Assembly: GCF_963921235.1 (NCBI RefSeq)
Contig: NC_086097.1
Span: forward strand, 744,001-808,000
DNA length: 64,000 bases
Source: Mobula hypostoma
Taxonomy: Eukaryota
Reading direction: 5' to 3'
Every line of letters starts with the position of its first letter. The first letter of the stretch is position 1. The notes beneath the pieces are model-generated. The model was not told the origin of the DNA. It searched no databases and worked only from the letters and a program-made list of their open reading frames with translations. A program made the translations under genes and the position numbers. This document shows, in pieces, positions 50,801-64,000 of the stretch.

Positions 50801-51570
50801 TCAATACAAGAGGACATGGCTTGAAGGAAAGGAGTGGGAAGTTCAAGGGGGATATTAGAGGAAGGTTTTTTACTCAGAGAATGGTTGGTGCATGGAATGC
50901 ACTGCCTGAGTCAGTGGTGGAGGCAGATACACTAGTGAAGTTTAAGAGACTACTAGACAGGTATATGGAGGAATTTAAGGTGGGAGGTTATGTGGGAGGC
51001 AGGGTTTGAGGGTCGGCACAACATTGTGGGCCGAAGGGCCTGTAATGTGCTGTACTATTCCATGTTCTATGTTCTGTTATAACATATAGTTACAACAGTG
51101 CAAAGCAATACTGTAATTTGATAAGAACAGACCATGGCACGGTAAAAGTCTCAAAGTCTCTTGAAAGTCCCATCATCTGACGCAGACGGTAAACCTCCAG
51201 TGCCGCAAACTTGCCGATGCAGTATACTGGAAGCATCCGACCACAGTCCGACTCCGAGTCCGTCCGAAAACTCCAAGCCTCCAGCCAGCCCTCCGACACT
51301 GAGCACTGACCACCATCTCTGCCAAGCACTTCAACACCGGCCCCAGCAACAGGGAATAGGCAAAGCCGAGGATTCGGGGCTTGCCCCTCCGGAGATTCTC
51401 GATCACACAGTAGCAGCAGCAGCAAAGCAGGCATTTCAGAAATTCCTCCAGGTGTTCCTCCATGCTTCTCACGGCTGTCTCCATCAAATCAGGATTATGC
51501 ACGGCCCCCGAGTTAACACATACGATATTCATTCGGAACGGCCATGCGTGCCGCCATCTCCTCCTCCCTC
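47836..51570 (-). mobile_element. Unclassified GC-rich non-autonomous retroposon, copy 2 (51077-51570 plus 47836-47985)
   Basis: Begins ggaggagATGGCGGC on its sense strand; (ATTAG)n tail at 47836-47860; homologous to copy 1. Confidence 0.7.
47986..51077 (+). mobile_element. CR1 LINE with ORF1 esterase C-terminus and whole ORF2 (interrupted)
   Basis: LYRLDWLHLNPRGSSILAGRFASMVREGLN* (stop 48076), APE from 48114, RT 49246-51009, (TTCTATG)n tail. Confidence 0.95.
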
Positions 51571-52313
51571 TGATGCTATAATGCCTCCACAATCTCTTCA
51601 GTCACCTCTTTCAGAACCCTGGGCTGTATACTATCTTGTCCAGGAGACTTGTCTACCTTCAGACCTTTCAATTGAACCTTCTACTTATGGTAACTTCACA
51701 CACTTCATACCCCCGGACACTTGGAATTTCCACCATACAGCAAGTGTCTCCCACAGTGAAGACTAATGCAAAATACTTATACAATTCGTCGCCATTTACT
51801 TGTCCCCATTACTACTTCTCCTTCATCATTTTCCAGTGGTCCAATATCTACTGTAGCCTCTTTAACACTTTATGTAAATGAAAGAACTTTTGGTATCCTC
51901 CTTAATATTATTGACTAGCTTACCTTTGTATTCCATCATTTCTCTCTTTATGACTTTTTTAGTTGCCTTCTGTTGGATTATAAAAGCTTCCGAATCCTCC
52001 AACTTCCCACTAATTTTTCCTCAATTATATGGCCCCTTTTTGTCTTTTATGGTCGCTTTGGCTTCTCCTGTTAGTCATGGTGGTGTCATCTTTCCTTTGG
52101 AATACTATTTCCTCTTCGGGATGTATATATCCTGTGCCTTCCAATTTGCTTCCACAAATTCCAGACATCACTGCTCCTCTGTCGTCCCTGCCAGTGTTCT
52201 TTACCAATCAATTCTGGCCACCTCCTCTCCTATGCCTCTGTAATTCCCTTTACTTCACTGTAATACTGATACGTAGCTTCTCCTCCTCAAATTTCAGGAT
52301 GAATTCGAATATA

Positions 52314-55300
52314 TGGGTCAGGACGGCACACTGATGGGCTGTAGTTACAAGTGGGTTAGAGTGACACACTGATGGGCTGTAATTACATGTGGGTTAGAGT
52401 GACACACTGATGGGCTGTAATTACATGTGGGTTAGAGTGACACACTGATGGGCTGTAGTTACAAGTGGGTTACAGTGGCACACTGATGGGCTGTAGTTAC
52501 ATGTGGGTTAGAGTGACACACTGATGGGCTGTAATTACATGTGGGTTAGAGTGACACACTGATGGGCTGTAGTTACAAGTGGGTTACAGTGGCACACTGA
52601 TGGGCTGTAGTTACAAGTGGGTTAGAGTGACACACTGATGGGCTGTAATTACATGTGGGTTAGAGTGACACACTGATGGGCTGTAGTTACAAGTAGGTTA
52701 CAGTGACACACTGATGGACTGTAGTTACAAGTGGGTTAGAGTGACACACTGATGGGCTGTAATTACATGTGGGTTAGAGTGACACACTGATGGGCTGTAG
52801 TTACAAGTGGGTTAGAGTGACACACTGATGGGCTGTAATTACATGTGGGTTAGAGTGACACACTGATGGAATGTAGTTACAAGTGGATTAGAGTGACACA
52901 CTGATGGGCTGTAGTTACAAGTGGGTTACAGTGACACACTGATGGGCTGTAGTTACATGTGGGTCAGTTTGACACACTGATGGACAGTAGTTACACGTGG
53001 GTCAGTTTGACACACTGCTGGACTGTAGTTACAAGTGGGTTAGAGTGACACACTGATGGGCTGTACTTACAAGTGGGTTAGAGTGACACATTGATGGGCT
53101 GTAGTTACAAGTGGGTTAGAGTGACACACTGATGAGCTGTAGTTACAAGGGGGTTACAGTGACACACTGATGGGCTGCAGTTACATGTGGGTTAGAGTGG
53201 CACAGTGCTGGACTGTAGTTACAAGTTGGTTACATTGGGATACTGAGGGACTGTAGTTACATGTGGGTTACAGTGACACACTGATGGGCTGTAGTTACAT
53301 GTTGGGGCAGTTTGACACACTGATGGGCTGTACTAATATGGGTTAAGTGGCACACTGATGGACTGTAGTTACATGTTGGGGCAGTTTGACACACTGATGG
53401 GCTGTAGTTATATGGGTTAAGTGGCACACTGATGGACTGTAGTTACATGTGGGTTACAGTGACACACTGATGGACTGTAGTTACAAGTGGGATAGACAGA
53501 CACACGGATGGGCAGTAATTACAATTGGGTTACAGTGGCACACTGATGGACTGTACTTACATGTGGGTTAGAGTGGCACACTGATGGGTTGTAGTTACAA
53601 GTGGGATAGAGTGACAAACTGATGGGCAGTAGTGACAAGTGGGTAAGACTGGCACACTGATGGGCTGTAGTTACAAGTGGGTTACAGTGGCACACTGATG
53701 GGCAGTAGTTACAAGTGGGTAAGACTGGCACACTGATGGGCTGTAGTTACAAGTGGGTTACAGTGGCACACTGATGGGCTGTAGATACAAGTGGGTAAGA
53801 CTGGCACACTGATGGGCTGTAGTTACAAGTGGGTAAGACTGGCACACTGATGGGCTGTAGATACAAGTGGGTTAGAGTGGCACACTGATCAACTGTAGTT
53901 ACATGTGGGTTAGAGTGGCACACTGATGGGCTGTAGTTACAAGTGGGTTACAGTGACACACTGATGGACTGTAGTTACAAGTGGGTTACAGTGGCACACT
54001 GATGGACTGTACTTACATGTGGGTTAGAGTGGGACACTGATGGGTTGTAGTTACAAGTGGGTTAGAGTGTCACACTGATGGACTATAGTTACATGTGGGT
54101 TAGAGTGGGGCACTGATGGGCTGTAGTTACAAGTTGGTTAGAGTGGCACACTGATGGGCTGTAGTTACAAGTGGGTTACAGAGGCACACTGATGGGCTGT
54201 AGTTACAAGTTGGTTAGAGTGGCACACTGATGGGCTGTAGTTACAAGTCGGTTACAGTGGCACACTGATGGACTGTAGTTACATGTGGGTCAGTTTGACA
54301 CACTGATGGGCGGTAGTTACAAGTGGGTCAGTTTGACACACTGATGGCCTGTAGTTACATATGGGTTAGAGTGACACACTGATGGACTGTAGTTACATGT
54401 GGATTACAGTGGCACACTGATGGACTGTAGTTACAAGAGAGTTAGAGTGACACACTGATGGGCTGTAGTTACAAGTGGGTTACAGTGACACACAGATGGA
54501 CTGTAGTTACAAGTGGGTTACAGAGGCACACTGATGGACTGTAGTTACATGTGGGTCAGTTTGACACACTGATGGGCGGTAGTTACAAGTGGGTCAGTTT
54601 GACACACTGATGGCCTGTAGTTACATATGGGTTAGAGTGACACACTGATGGACTGTAGTTACATGTGGATTACAGTGGCACACTGATGGACTGTAGTTAC
54701 AAGAGAGTTAGAGTGACACACTGATGGGCTGTAGTTACAAGTGGGTTACAGTGACACACTGATGGATTGTAGTTACAAGTGGGTTACAGTGGCACACTGA
54801 TCAACTGTAGTTACATGTGTGTTACAATGGCACACCGATGGTCTGTAGTTACAAGTCGGTTAGAGTGACACACTAATGGGCTGTAGTTATAGGTGGGTTG
54901 CAGTGACACACTGATGGACTGTAGTTTCATGTGTGTCAGTTTGACACACTGATGGGCGGTAGTTACAAGTGGGTCAGTTTGACACACTGATGGCCTGTAG
55001 TTACATGTGGGTTAGAGTGACACACTGATGGGCTGTAGTTACAAGTGGGTTACAGTGACACACTGATGGATTGTAGTTACAAGTGGGTTACAGTGGCACA
55101 CTGATCAACTGTAGTTACATGTGGGTTACAATGGCACACCGATGGACTGTAGTTACAAGTCGGTTAGAGTGACACACTAATGGGCTGTAGTTACAAGTGG
55201 GTTGCAGTGACACACTGATGGGCTGTAGTTACAAGTGGGTTACAGTGGCACACTGATGGGCTGTAGTTACAAGTGGGTCAGTTTGACACACTGATGGACT

Positions 55301-58300
55301 GTAGTTACATGTGGGTTGCAGTGACACACTGATCGACTGTAGTCACAAGTGGGTCAGTTTGACACACTGATGGACTGTAGTAACAAGTGGGTCAGTTTGA
55401 CACACTGATGGACTGTAGTTACAAGTGGGTTACAGTGGCACACTGATGGACTGTAGTAACAAGTGGGTGAGTTTGACACACTGATGGACTGTAGTTACAA
55501 GTGGGTTACAGTGGCACACTGATGGACTATAGTTGCATGTCGGTTAGAGTGACAAACTGATGGACTAGTTACAAGTGGGTTACTGTGGCACACTGATGGG
55601 CTGTAGTTACAAGTGGGTTGCAGTGACACACTGATGGGAGGTAGTTACAAGTGGGTTACAGTGGCACACTGATGGACTGTAGTTACAAGTGGGTCAGTTT
55701 GACACACTGATGGACTGTAGTTACAAGTGGGTTACAGTGACACACTGATGGACTATAGTTGCATGTCGGTTAGAGTGACAAACTGATGGACTAGTTACAA
55801 GTGGGTTACAGTGGCACACTGATGGGCTGTAGTTTTGAGTGGGTTACAGTGACACACTGATGGGCTGTAGTTACAAGTGGGTTACAGTGGCACACTGATG
55901 GGCTGTAGTTTTGAGTGGGTTACAGTGACACACTGATGGGCTGTAGTTACAAGTGGGTTACAGTGACACACTGATGGACTGTAGTTACATGTGGGTTACA
56001 GTGACACACTGATGGACTGTAGTTACAAGTGGGATAGAGAGACACACGGATGGGCAGTAATTACAATTGGGTTACAGTGGCACACTGATGGACTGTACTT
56101 ACATGTGGGTTAGAGTAGCACACTGATGGGTTGTCGTTACAAGTGGATTAGAGTGACACACTGATGGGTTGTAGTTACAAGTGGGTTACAGTGGCACACT
56201 GATGGGCTGTAGTTTCAAGTGGGTTACAGTGACACACTGATGGACTATAGTTACATGTGGGTTAGAGTGGGACACTGATGGGCTGTAGTTACAAGTCGGT
56301 TAGCACACTGATGGGCTGTAGTTACATGTGGGTTGGAGTGACACACTGATGGAATGTAGTTACAAGTGGGTTACAGTGACACACTGATGGACTGTAGTTA
56401 CAAGTGGGTTACAGTGGCACACTGATGGACTGTAGTTACATGTGGTCTACAGTGGCACACTGATGGGCTGTAGTTACAAGAGGGTTAGAGTGGCACACTG
56501 ATGGACTGTAGTTACATGTGGTTTAGAGTGGCACACTGATGGAATGTAGTTACAAGTGGGTTACAGTGACACACTGATGGACTGTAGTTACAAGTGGGTT
56601 ACAGTGGCACACTGATGGGCTGTAGTTACAAGTCGGTTAGAGTGACACACTGATGGGTTGTAGTTACATGTGGTTTACAGAGGCAAACTGATCAACTGTA
56701 GTTACATGTGGGTTACAATGGCACACCGATGGACTGTAGTTACATGTGCGTTAGAGTGGCACACTGATGGACTGTAGTTACATGTGGGTTAGAGTGGCAC
56801 ACTAATGGTCTGTAGTTACAAGTGGTTTAGAGTGACACAGTGATGGGCGGTAGTTACAAGTGGGTCAGTTTGATACACTGATGGACTGTAGTTACATGTG
56901 GGTTAGAGTGGGACACTGATGAGCTGTAGTTACAAGGGGGTTACAGTGACACACTGATGGGCTGCAGTTACATGTGGGTTAGAGTGGCACAGTGCTGGAC
57001 TGTAGTTACAAGTTGGTTACATTGGGATACTGAGGGACTGTAGTTACATGTGGGTTACAGTGACACACTGATGGGCTGTAGTTACATGTTGGGGCAGTTT
57101 GACACACTGATGGGCTGTACTAATATGGGTTAAGTGGCACACTGATGGACTGTAGTTACATGTTGGGGCAGTTTGACACACTGATGGGCTGTAGTTATAT
57201 GGGTTAAGTGGCACACTGATGGACTGTAGTTACATGTGGGTTACAGTGACACACTGATGGACTGTAGTTACAAGTGGGATAGAGAGACACACTGATGGGC
57301 TGTAGTTACAAGTGGGTTGCAGTGGCACACTGATGGACTGTACTTACATGTGGGTTAGAGTGGCACACTGATGGGTTGTAGTTACAAGTGGGATAGAGTG
57401 ACAAACTGATGGGCAGTAGTGACAAGTGGGTTACAGTGGCACACTGATGGGCTGTAGTTACAAGTGGGTAAGACTGGCACACTGATGGGCTGTAGTTACA
57501 AGTGGGTTACAGTGGCACACTGATGGGCTGTAGATACAAGTGGGTAAGACTGGCACACTGATGGGCTGTAGATACAAGTGGGTTACAGTGGCACACTGAT
57601 GGGCTGTAGATACAAGTGGGTAAGACTGGCACACTGATGGGCTGTAGTTACAAGTGGGTTACAGTGGCACACTGATGGGCTGTAGATACAAGTGGGTAAG
57701 ACTGGCACACTGATGGGCTGTAGTTACAAGTGGGTAAGACTGGCACACTGATGGGCTGTAGTTACAAGTGGGTAAGACTGGCACACTGATGGGCTGTAGA
57801 TACAAGTGGGTTAGAGTGGCACACTGATCAACTGTAGTTACATGTGGGTTAGAGTGGCACACTGATGGGCTGTAGTTACAAGTGGGTTACAGTGACACAC
57901 TGATGGACTGTAGTTACAAGTGGGTTACAGTGGCACACTGATGGACTGTACTTACATGTGGGTTAGAGTGGCACACTGATGGGTTGTAGTTACAAGTGGG
58001 TTAGAGTGTCACACTGATGGACTATAGTTACATGTGGGTTAGAGTGGGGCACTGATGGGCTGTAGTTACAAGTTGGTTAGAGTGGCACACTGATGGGCTG
58101 TAGTTACAAGTGGGTTACAGAGGCACACTGATGGACTGTAGTTACATGTGGGTCAGTTTGACACACTGATGGGCGGTAGTTACAAGTGGGTCAGTTTGAC
58201 ACACTGATGGCCTGTAGTTACATATGGGTTAGAGTGACACACTGATGGACTGTAGTTACATGTGGATTACAGTGGCACACTGATGGACTGTAGTTACAAG

Positions 58301-61300
58301 AGAGTTAGAGTGACACACTGATGGGCTGTAGTTACAAGTGGGTTACAGTGACACACAGATGGACTGTAGTTACAAGTGGGTTACAGAGGCACACTGATGG
58401 ACTGTAGTTACATGTGGGTCAGTTTGACACACTGATGGGCGGTAGTTACAAGTGGGTCAGTTTGACACACTGATGGCCTGTAGTTACATATGGGTTAGAG
58501 TGACACACTGATGGACTGTAGTTACATGTGGATTACAGTGGCACACTGATGGACTGTAGTTACAAGAGAGTTAGAGTGACACACTGATGGGCTGTAGTTA
58601 CAAGTGGGTTACAGTGACACACTGATGGATTGTAGTTACAAGTGGGTTACAGTGGCACACTGATCAACTGTAGTTACATGTGTGTTACAATGGCACACCG
58701 ATGGACTGTAGTTACAAGTCGGTTAGAGTGACACACTAATGGGCTGTAGTTACAGGTGGGTTGCAGTGACACACTGATGGACTGTAGTTTCATGTGTGTC
58801 AGTTTGACACACTGATGGGCGGTAGTTACAAGTGGGTCAGTTTGACACACTGATGGCCTGTAGTTACATGTGGGTTAGAGTGACACACTGATGGGCTGTA
58901 GTTACAAGTGGGTTACAGTGACACACTGATGGATTGTAGTTACAAGTGGGTTACAGTGGCACACTGATCAACTGTAGTTACATGTGGGTTACAATGGCAC
59001 ACCGATGGACTGTAGTTACAAGTCGGTTAGAGTGACACACTAATGGGCTGTAGTTACAAGTGGGTTGCAGTGACACACTGATGGGCTGTAGTTACAAGTG
59101 GGTTACAGTGGCACACTGATGGGCTGTAGTTACAAGTGGGTCAGTTTGACACACTGATGGACTGTAGTTACATGTGGGTTGCAGTGACACACTGATCGAC
59201 TGTAGTCACAAGTGGGTCAGTTTGACACACTGATGGACTGTAGTAACAAGTGGGTCAGTTTGACACACTGATGGACTGTAGTTACAAGTGGGTTACAGTG
59301 GCACACTGATGGACTGTAGTAACAAGTGGGTCAGTTTGACACACTGATGGACTGTAGTTACAAGTGGGTTACAGTGGCACACTGATGGACTATAGTTGCA
59401 TGTCGGTTAGAGTGACAAACTGATGGACTAGTTACAAGTGGGTTACTGTGGCACACTGATGGGCTGTAGTTACAAGTGGGTTGCAGTGACACACTGATGG
59501 GAGGTAGTTACAAGTGGGTTACAGTGGCACACTGATGGACTGTAGTTACAAGTGGGTTACAGTGGCACACTGATGGACTATAGTTGCATGTCGGTTAGAG
59601 TGACAAACTGATGGACTAGTTACAAGTGGGTTACAGTGGCACACTGATGGGCTGTAGTTTTGAGTGGGTTACAGTGACACACTGATGGGCTGTAGTTACA
59701 AGTGGGTTACAGTGGCACACTGATGGGCTGTAGTTTTGAGTGGGTTACAGTGACACACTGATGGGCTGTAGTTATAAGTGGGTTGCAGTGGCACACTGAT
59801 GGACTGTAGTTACATGTGGGTTAGAGTGACACACTGATGGGTTGTCGTTACAAGTGGATTAGAGTGACACACTGATGGGTTGTAGTTACAAGTGGGTTAC
59901 AGTGGCACACTGATGGGCTGTAGTTTCAAGTGGGTTACAGTGACACACTGATGGACTATAGTTACATGTGGGTTAGAGTGGGACACTGATGGGCTGTAGT
60001 TACAAGTCGGTTAGCACACTGATGGGCTGTAGTTACATGTGGGTTGGAGTGACACACTGATGGACTGTAGTTACATGTGGGTTACAGTGGCACACTGATG
60101 GAATGTAGTTACAAGTGGGTTACAGTGACACACTGATGGACTGTAGTTACAAGTGGGTTACAGTGGCACACTGATGGGCTGTAGTTACAAGTCGGTTAGA
60201 GTGACACACTGATGGGTTGTAGTTACATGTGGGTTACAGTGACACACTGATGGGCTGTAGTTACAAGTCGGTTAGAGTGACACACTGATGGGTTGTAGTT
60301 ACATGTGGGTTACAGTGGCACACTGATGGGCTGTAGTTACAAGTCGGTTAGAGTGACACACTGATGGGTTGTAGTTACAAGTGGGTTACAGTGACACACT
60401 GATGGACTGTAGTTACAAGTGGGTTACAGTGGCACACTGATGGGCTGTAGTTACAAGTCGGTTAGAGTGACACACTGATGGGTTGTAGTTACATGTGGTT
60501 TACAGAGGCAAACTGATCAACTGTAGTTACATGTGGGTTACAATGGCACACCGATGGACTGTAGTTACATGTGCGTTAGAGTGGCACACTGATGGACTGT
60601 AGTTACATGTGCGTTAGAGTGGCACACTGATGGACTGTAGTTACATGTGGGTTAGAGTGGCACACTGATGGTCTGTAGTTACAAGTGGTTTAGAGTGACA
60701 CACTGATGGGCGGTAGTTACAAGTGGGTCAGTTTGATACACTGATGGACTGTAGTTACATGTGCGTTAGAGTGGCACACTGATGGACTGTAGTTACATGT
60801 GGGTTAGAGTGGCACACTGATGGTCTGTAGTTACAAGTGGTTTAGAGTGACACACTGATGGGCGGTAGTTACAAGTGGGTCAGTTTGATACACTGATGGA
60901 CTGTAGTTACATGTGCGTTAGAGTGGCACACTGATGGACTGTAGTTACATGTGGGTTAGAGTGGCACACTGATGGTCTGTAGTTACAAGTGGTTTAGAGT
61001 GACACACTGATGGGCGGTAGTTACAAGTGGGTCAGTTTGATACACTGATGGGCTGTAGTTACATGTGGGTTGGAGTGACACACTGATGGGTTGTAGTTAC
61101 ATGTGGTTTACAGAGGCAAACTGATCAACTGTAGTTACATGTGGGTTACAATGGCACACCGATGGACTGTAGTTACATGTGCGTTAGAGTGGCACACTGA
61201 TGGACTGTAGTTACATGTGGGTTAGAGTGGCACACTAATGGTCTGTAGTTACAAGTGGTTTAGAGTGACACACTGATGGGCGGTAGTTACAAGTGGGTCA

Positions 61301-64000
61301 GTTTGATACACTGATGGACTGTAGTTACATGTGGGTTAGAGTGGGACACTGATGGACTGTAGTTACATGTGGACTACAGTGGCACACTGATGGACTGTAG
61401 TTACAAGAGGGTTAGAGTGACACACTGATGGAATGTAGTTACAAGTGGATTAGAGTGGCACACTAATGGGCTGTAGTTACAAGTGGGTTACAGTGACACA
61501 CTGATGGGCTGTAGTTACAAGTGGGTTGCAGTGACACACTGATGGGCTGTACTTACAAGTGGGTTACAGTGACACACTGATGGGCTGTAGTTACAAGTGG
61601 GTTACAGTGGCACACTGATCAACTGTAGTTACATGTGGGTTACAATGGCACACCGATGGACTGTAGTTACAAGTCGGTTAGAGTGACACACTAATGGGCT
61701 GTAGTTACATGTGGGTTGCAGTGACACACTGATCGACTGTAGTCACAAGTGGGTCAGTTTGACACACTGATGGACTGTAGTAACAAGTGGGTCAGTTTGA
61801 CACACTGATGGACTGTAGTTACAAGTGGGTTACAGTGGCACACTGATGGACTGTAGTAACAAGTGGGTCAGTTTGACACACTGATGGACTGTAGTTACAA
61901 GTGGGTTACAGTGGCACACTGATGGACTATAGTTGCATGTCGGTTAGAGTGACAAACTGATGGACTAGTTACAAGTGGGTTACAGTGGCACACTGATGGG
62001 CTGTAGTTACATGTGGGTTACAATGACACACTGATGGACTGTAGTTACAAGTGGGTTACAGTGGCACACTGATGGGCTGTAGTTACAAGTGGGTTACAGT
62101 GGCACACTGATGGGCTGTAGTTACAAGTCGGTTAGAGTGACACACTGATGGAATGTAGTTACAAGTGGGTTACAGTGACACACTGATGGACTGTAGTTAC
62201 AAGTGGGTTACAGTGGCACACTGATGGGCTGTAGTTACAAGTCGGTTAGAGTGACGCACTGATGGATTGTAGTTACATGTGGTTTACAGAGGCACACTGA
62301 TCAACTGTAGTTACATGTGGGTTACAATGGCACACTGATGGACTGTAGTTACAAGTCGGTTAGAGTGACACACTAATGGGCTGTAGTTACAGGTGGGTTG
62401 CAGTGACACACTGATGGACTGTAGTTTCATGTGTGTCAGTTTGACACACTGATGGGCGGTAGTTACAAGTGGGTCAGTTTGACACACTGATGGCCTGTAG
62501 TTACATGTGGGTTAGAGTGACACACTGATGGGCTGTAGTTACAAGTGGGTTACAGTGACACACTGATGGATTGTAGTTACAAGTGGGTTACAGTGGCACA
62601 CTGATCAACTGTAGTTACATGTGGGTTACAATGGCACACCGATGGACTGTAGTTACAAGTCGGTTAGAGTGACACACTAATGGGCTGTAGTTACAAGTGG
62701 GTTGCAGTGACACACTGATGGGCTGTAGTTACAAGTGGGTTACAGTGGCACACTGATGGGCTGTAGTTACAAGTGGGTCAGTTTGACACACTGATGGACT
62801 GTAGTTACATGTGGGTTGCAGTGACACACTGATCGACTGTAGTCACAAGTGGGTCAGTTTGACACACTGATGGACTGTAGTAACAAGTGGGTCAGTTTGA
62901 CACACTGATGGACTGTAGTTACAAGTGGGTTACAGTGGCACACTGATGGACTGTAGTAACAAGTGGGTCAGTTTGACACACTGATGGACTGTAGTTACAA
63001 GTGGGTTACAGTGGCACACTGATGGACTGTAGTTGCATGTCGGTCAGAGTGACAAACTGATGGACTAGTTACAAGTGGGTTACAGTGGCACACTGATGGG
63101 CTGTAGTTACAAGTGGGTTGCAGTGACACACTGATGGGCGGTAGTTACAAGTGGGTTACAGTGGCACACTGATGGACTGTAGTTACAAGTGGGTCAGTTT
63201 GACACACTGATGGACTGTAGTTACAAGTGGGTTACAGTGACACACTGATGGACTATAGTTGCATGTCGGTTAGAGTGACAAACTGATGGACTAGTTACAA
63301 GTGGGTTACAGTGGCACACTGATGGGCTGTAGTTTTGAGTGGGTTACAGTGACACACTGATGGGCTGTAGTTACAAGTGGGTTACAGTGGCACACTGATG
63401 GGCTGTAGTTTTGAGTGGGTTACAGTGACACACTGATGGGCTGTAGTTATAAGTGGGTTGCAGTGGCACACTGATGGACTGTACTTACATGTGGGTTAGA
63501 GTAGCACACTGATGGGTTGTAGTTACAAGTGGGTTACAGTGGCACACTGATGGGCTGTAGTTTCAAGTGGGTTACAGTGACACACTGATGGACTATAGTT
63601 ACATGTGGGTTAGAGTGGGACACTGATGGGCTGTAGTTACAAGTCGGTTAGCACACTGATGGGCTGTAGTTACATGTGGGTTGGAGTGACACACTGATGG
63701 ACTGTAGTTACATGTGGGTTACAGTGGCACACTGATGGAATGTAGTTACAAGTGGGTTACAGTGACACACTGATGGACTGTAGTTACAAGTGGGTTACAG
63801 TGGCACACTGATGGGCTGTACTTACAAGTCAGTTAGAGTGACACACTGATGGGTTGTAGTTACATGTGGTTTACAGAGGCACACTGATCAACTGTAGTTA
63901 CATGTGGGTTACAATGGCACACCGATGGACTGTAGTTACATGTGCGTTAGAGTGGCACACTGATGGACTATAGTTACATGTGGGTTAGAGTGGCACACTA
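52314..64000. repeat. 38-bp tandem satellite (about 300 monomers, runs off the window end)
   Basis: Consensus CACACTGATGGRCTGTAGTTACAWGTGGGTTASAGTGR; CTGATG recurs at 52331, 52369 and onward. Confidence 0.98.

Larger units (their letters stand above)
43331..52307 (-). mobile_element. Old CR1 host split into three blocks (43331-43957, 47021-47835, 51575-52307)
   Basis: Consensus continuity across the breaks: aatattgcat|ttgtcttcctcacc and cattactaa|tgcctccacaatc. Confidence 0.8.

Noticed and set aside
51090..51766. Several 114-201 aa ORFs in the GC-rich element
   Set aside because: Frames are not preserved in the second copy at 39013-39600; long ORFs are expected at high GC.
52329..52370. Hammerhead ribozyme in the satellite monomer (CTGATG)
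   Set aside because: It reads CTGATGG rather than CTGANGA and there is no GAAA element.
53519..57862. Cys/His-rich ORFs at 53519-53731 and 57659-57862
   Set aside because: These are chance open frames in a 38-bp (non-triplet) repeat with frequent stops.
52314..64000. CRISPR-like array
   Set aside because: Monomers are contiguous with no unique spacers, there are no cas genes, and the context is vertebrate.
52320..64000. V(D)J RSS-like CACACTG/CACAGTG heptamers
   Set aside because: There is no ACAAAAACC nonamer at 12 or 23 spacing and no antigen-receptor segments.

Overview
Eukaryotic, transposon-saturated vertebrate DNA. The CR1, Penelope and V-SINE repertoire suggests a cartilaginous fish, probably a ray (inference). 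The only host coding sequence I can support is the first coding exon of a TMEM63/OSCA mechanosensitive channel, most like TMEM63C (minus strand, 3807-4010). A candidate non-coding upstream exon lies near 37.7-37.9 kb, so about 34 kb of the window would be a 5'UTR intron. Positions 1-52.3 kb are mostly nested retroelements: many CR1 LINEs of several subfamilies and ages, Penelope-like elements carrying minimal hammerhead ribozymes (often as fold-back stubs), Rex1/Babar fragments, an RTE 3' end with a target-site duplication (TSD), a V-type SINE, two decayed Gypsy LTR elements (one with a SCAN-like gag), and two copies of an unclassified GC-rich non-autonomous element. From about 52.3 kb to the end is a 38-bp satellite with nested higher-order repeats. 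The most notable signal is a conserved U_UUA_AAC slippery heptamer in phase with CR1 ORF1, directly before its stop, with ORF2 opening in the -1 frame: a candidate programmed -1 ribosomal frameshift. Repeat boundaries were read by eye and are approximate (about +/-10-20 bp).
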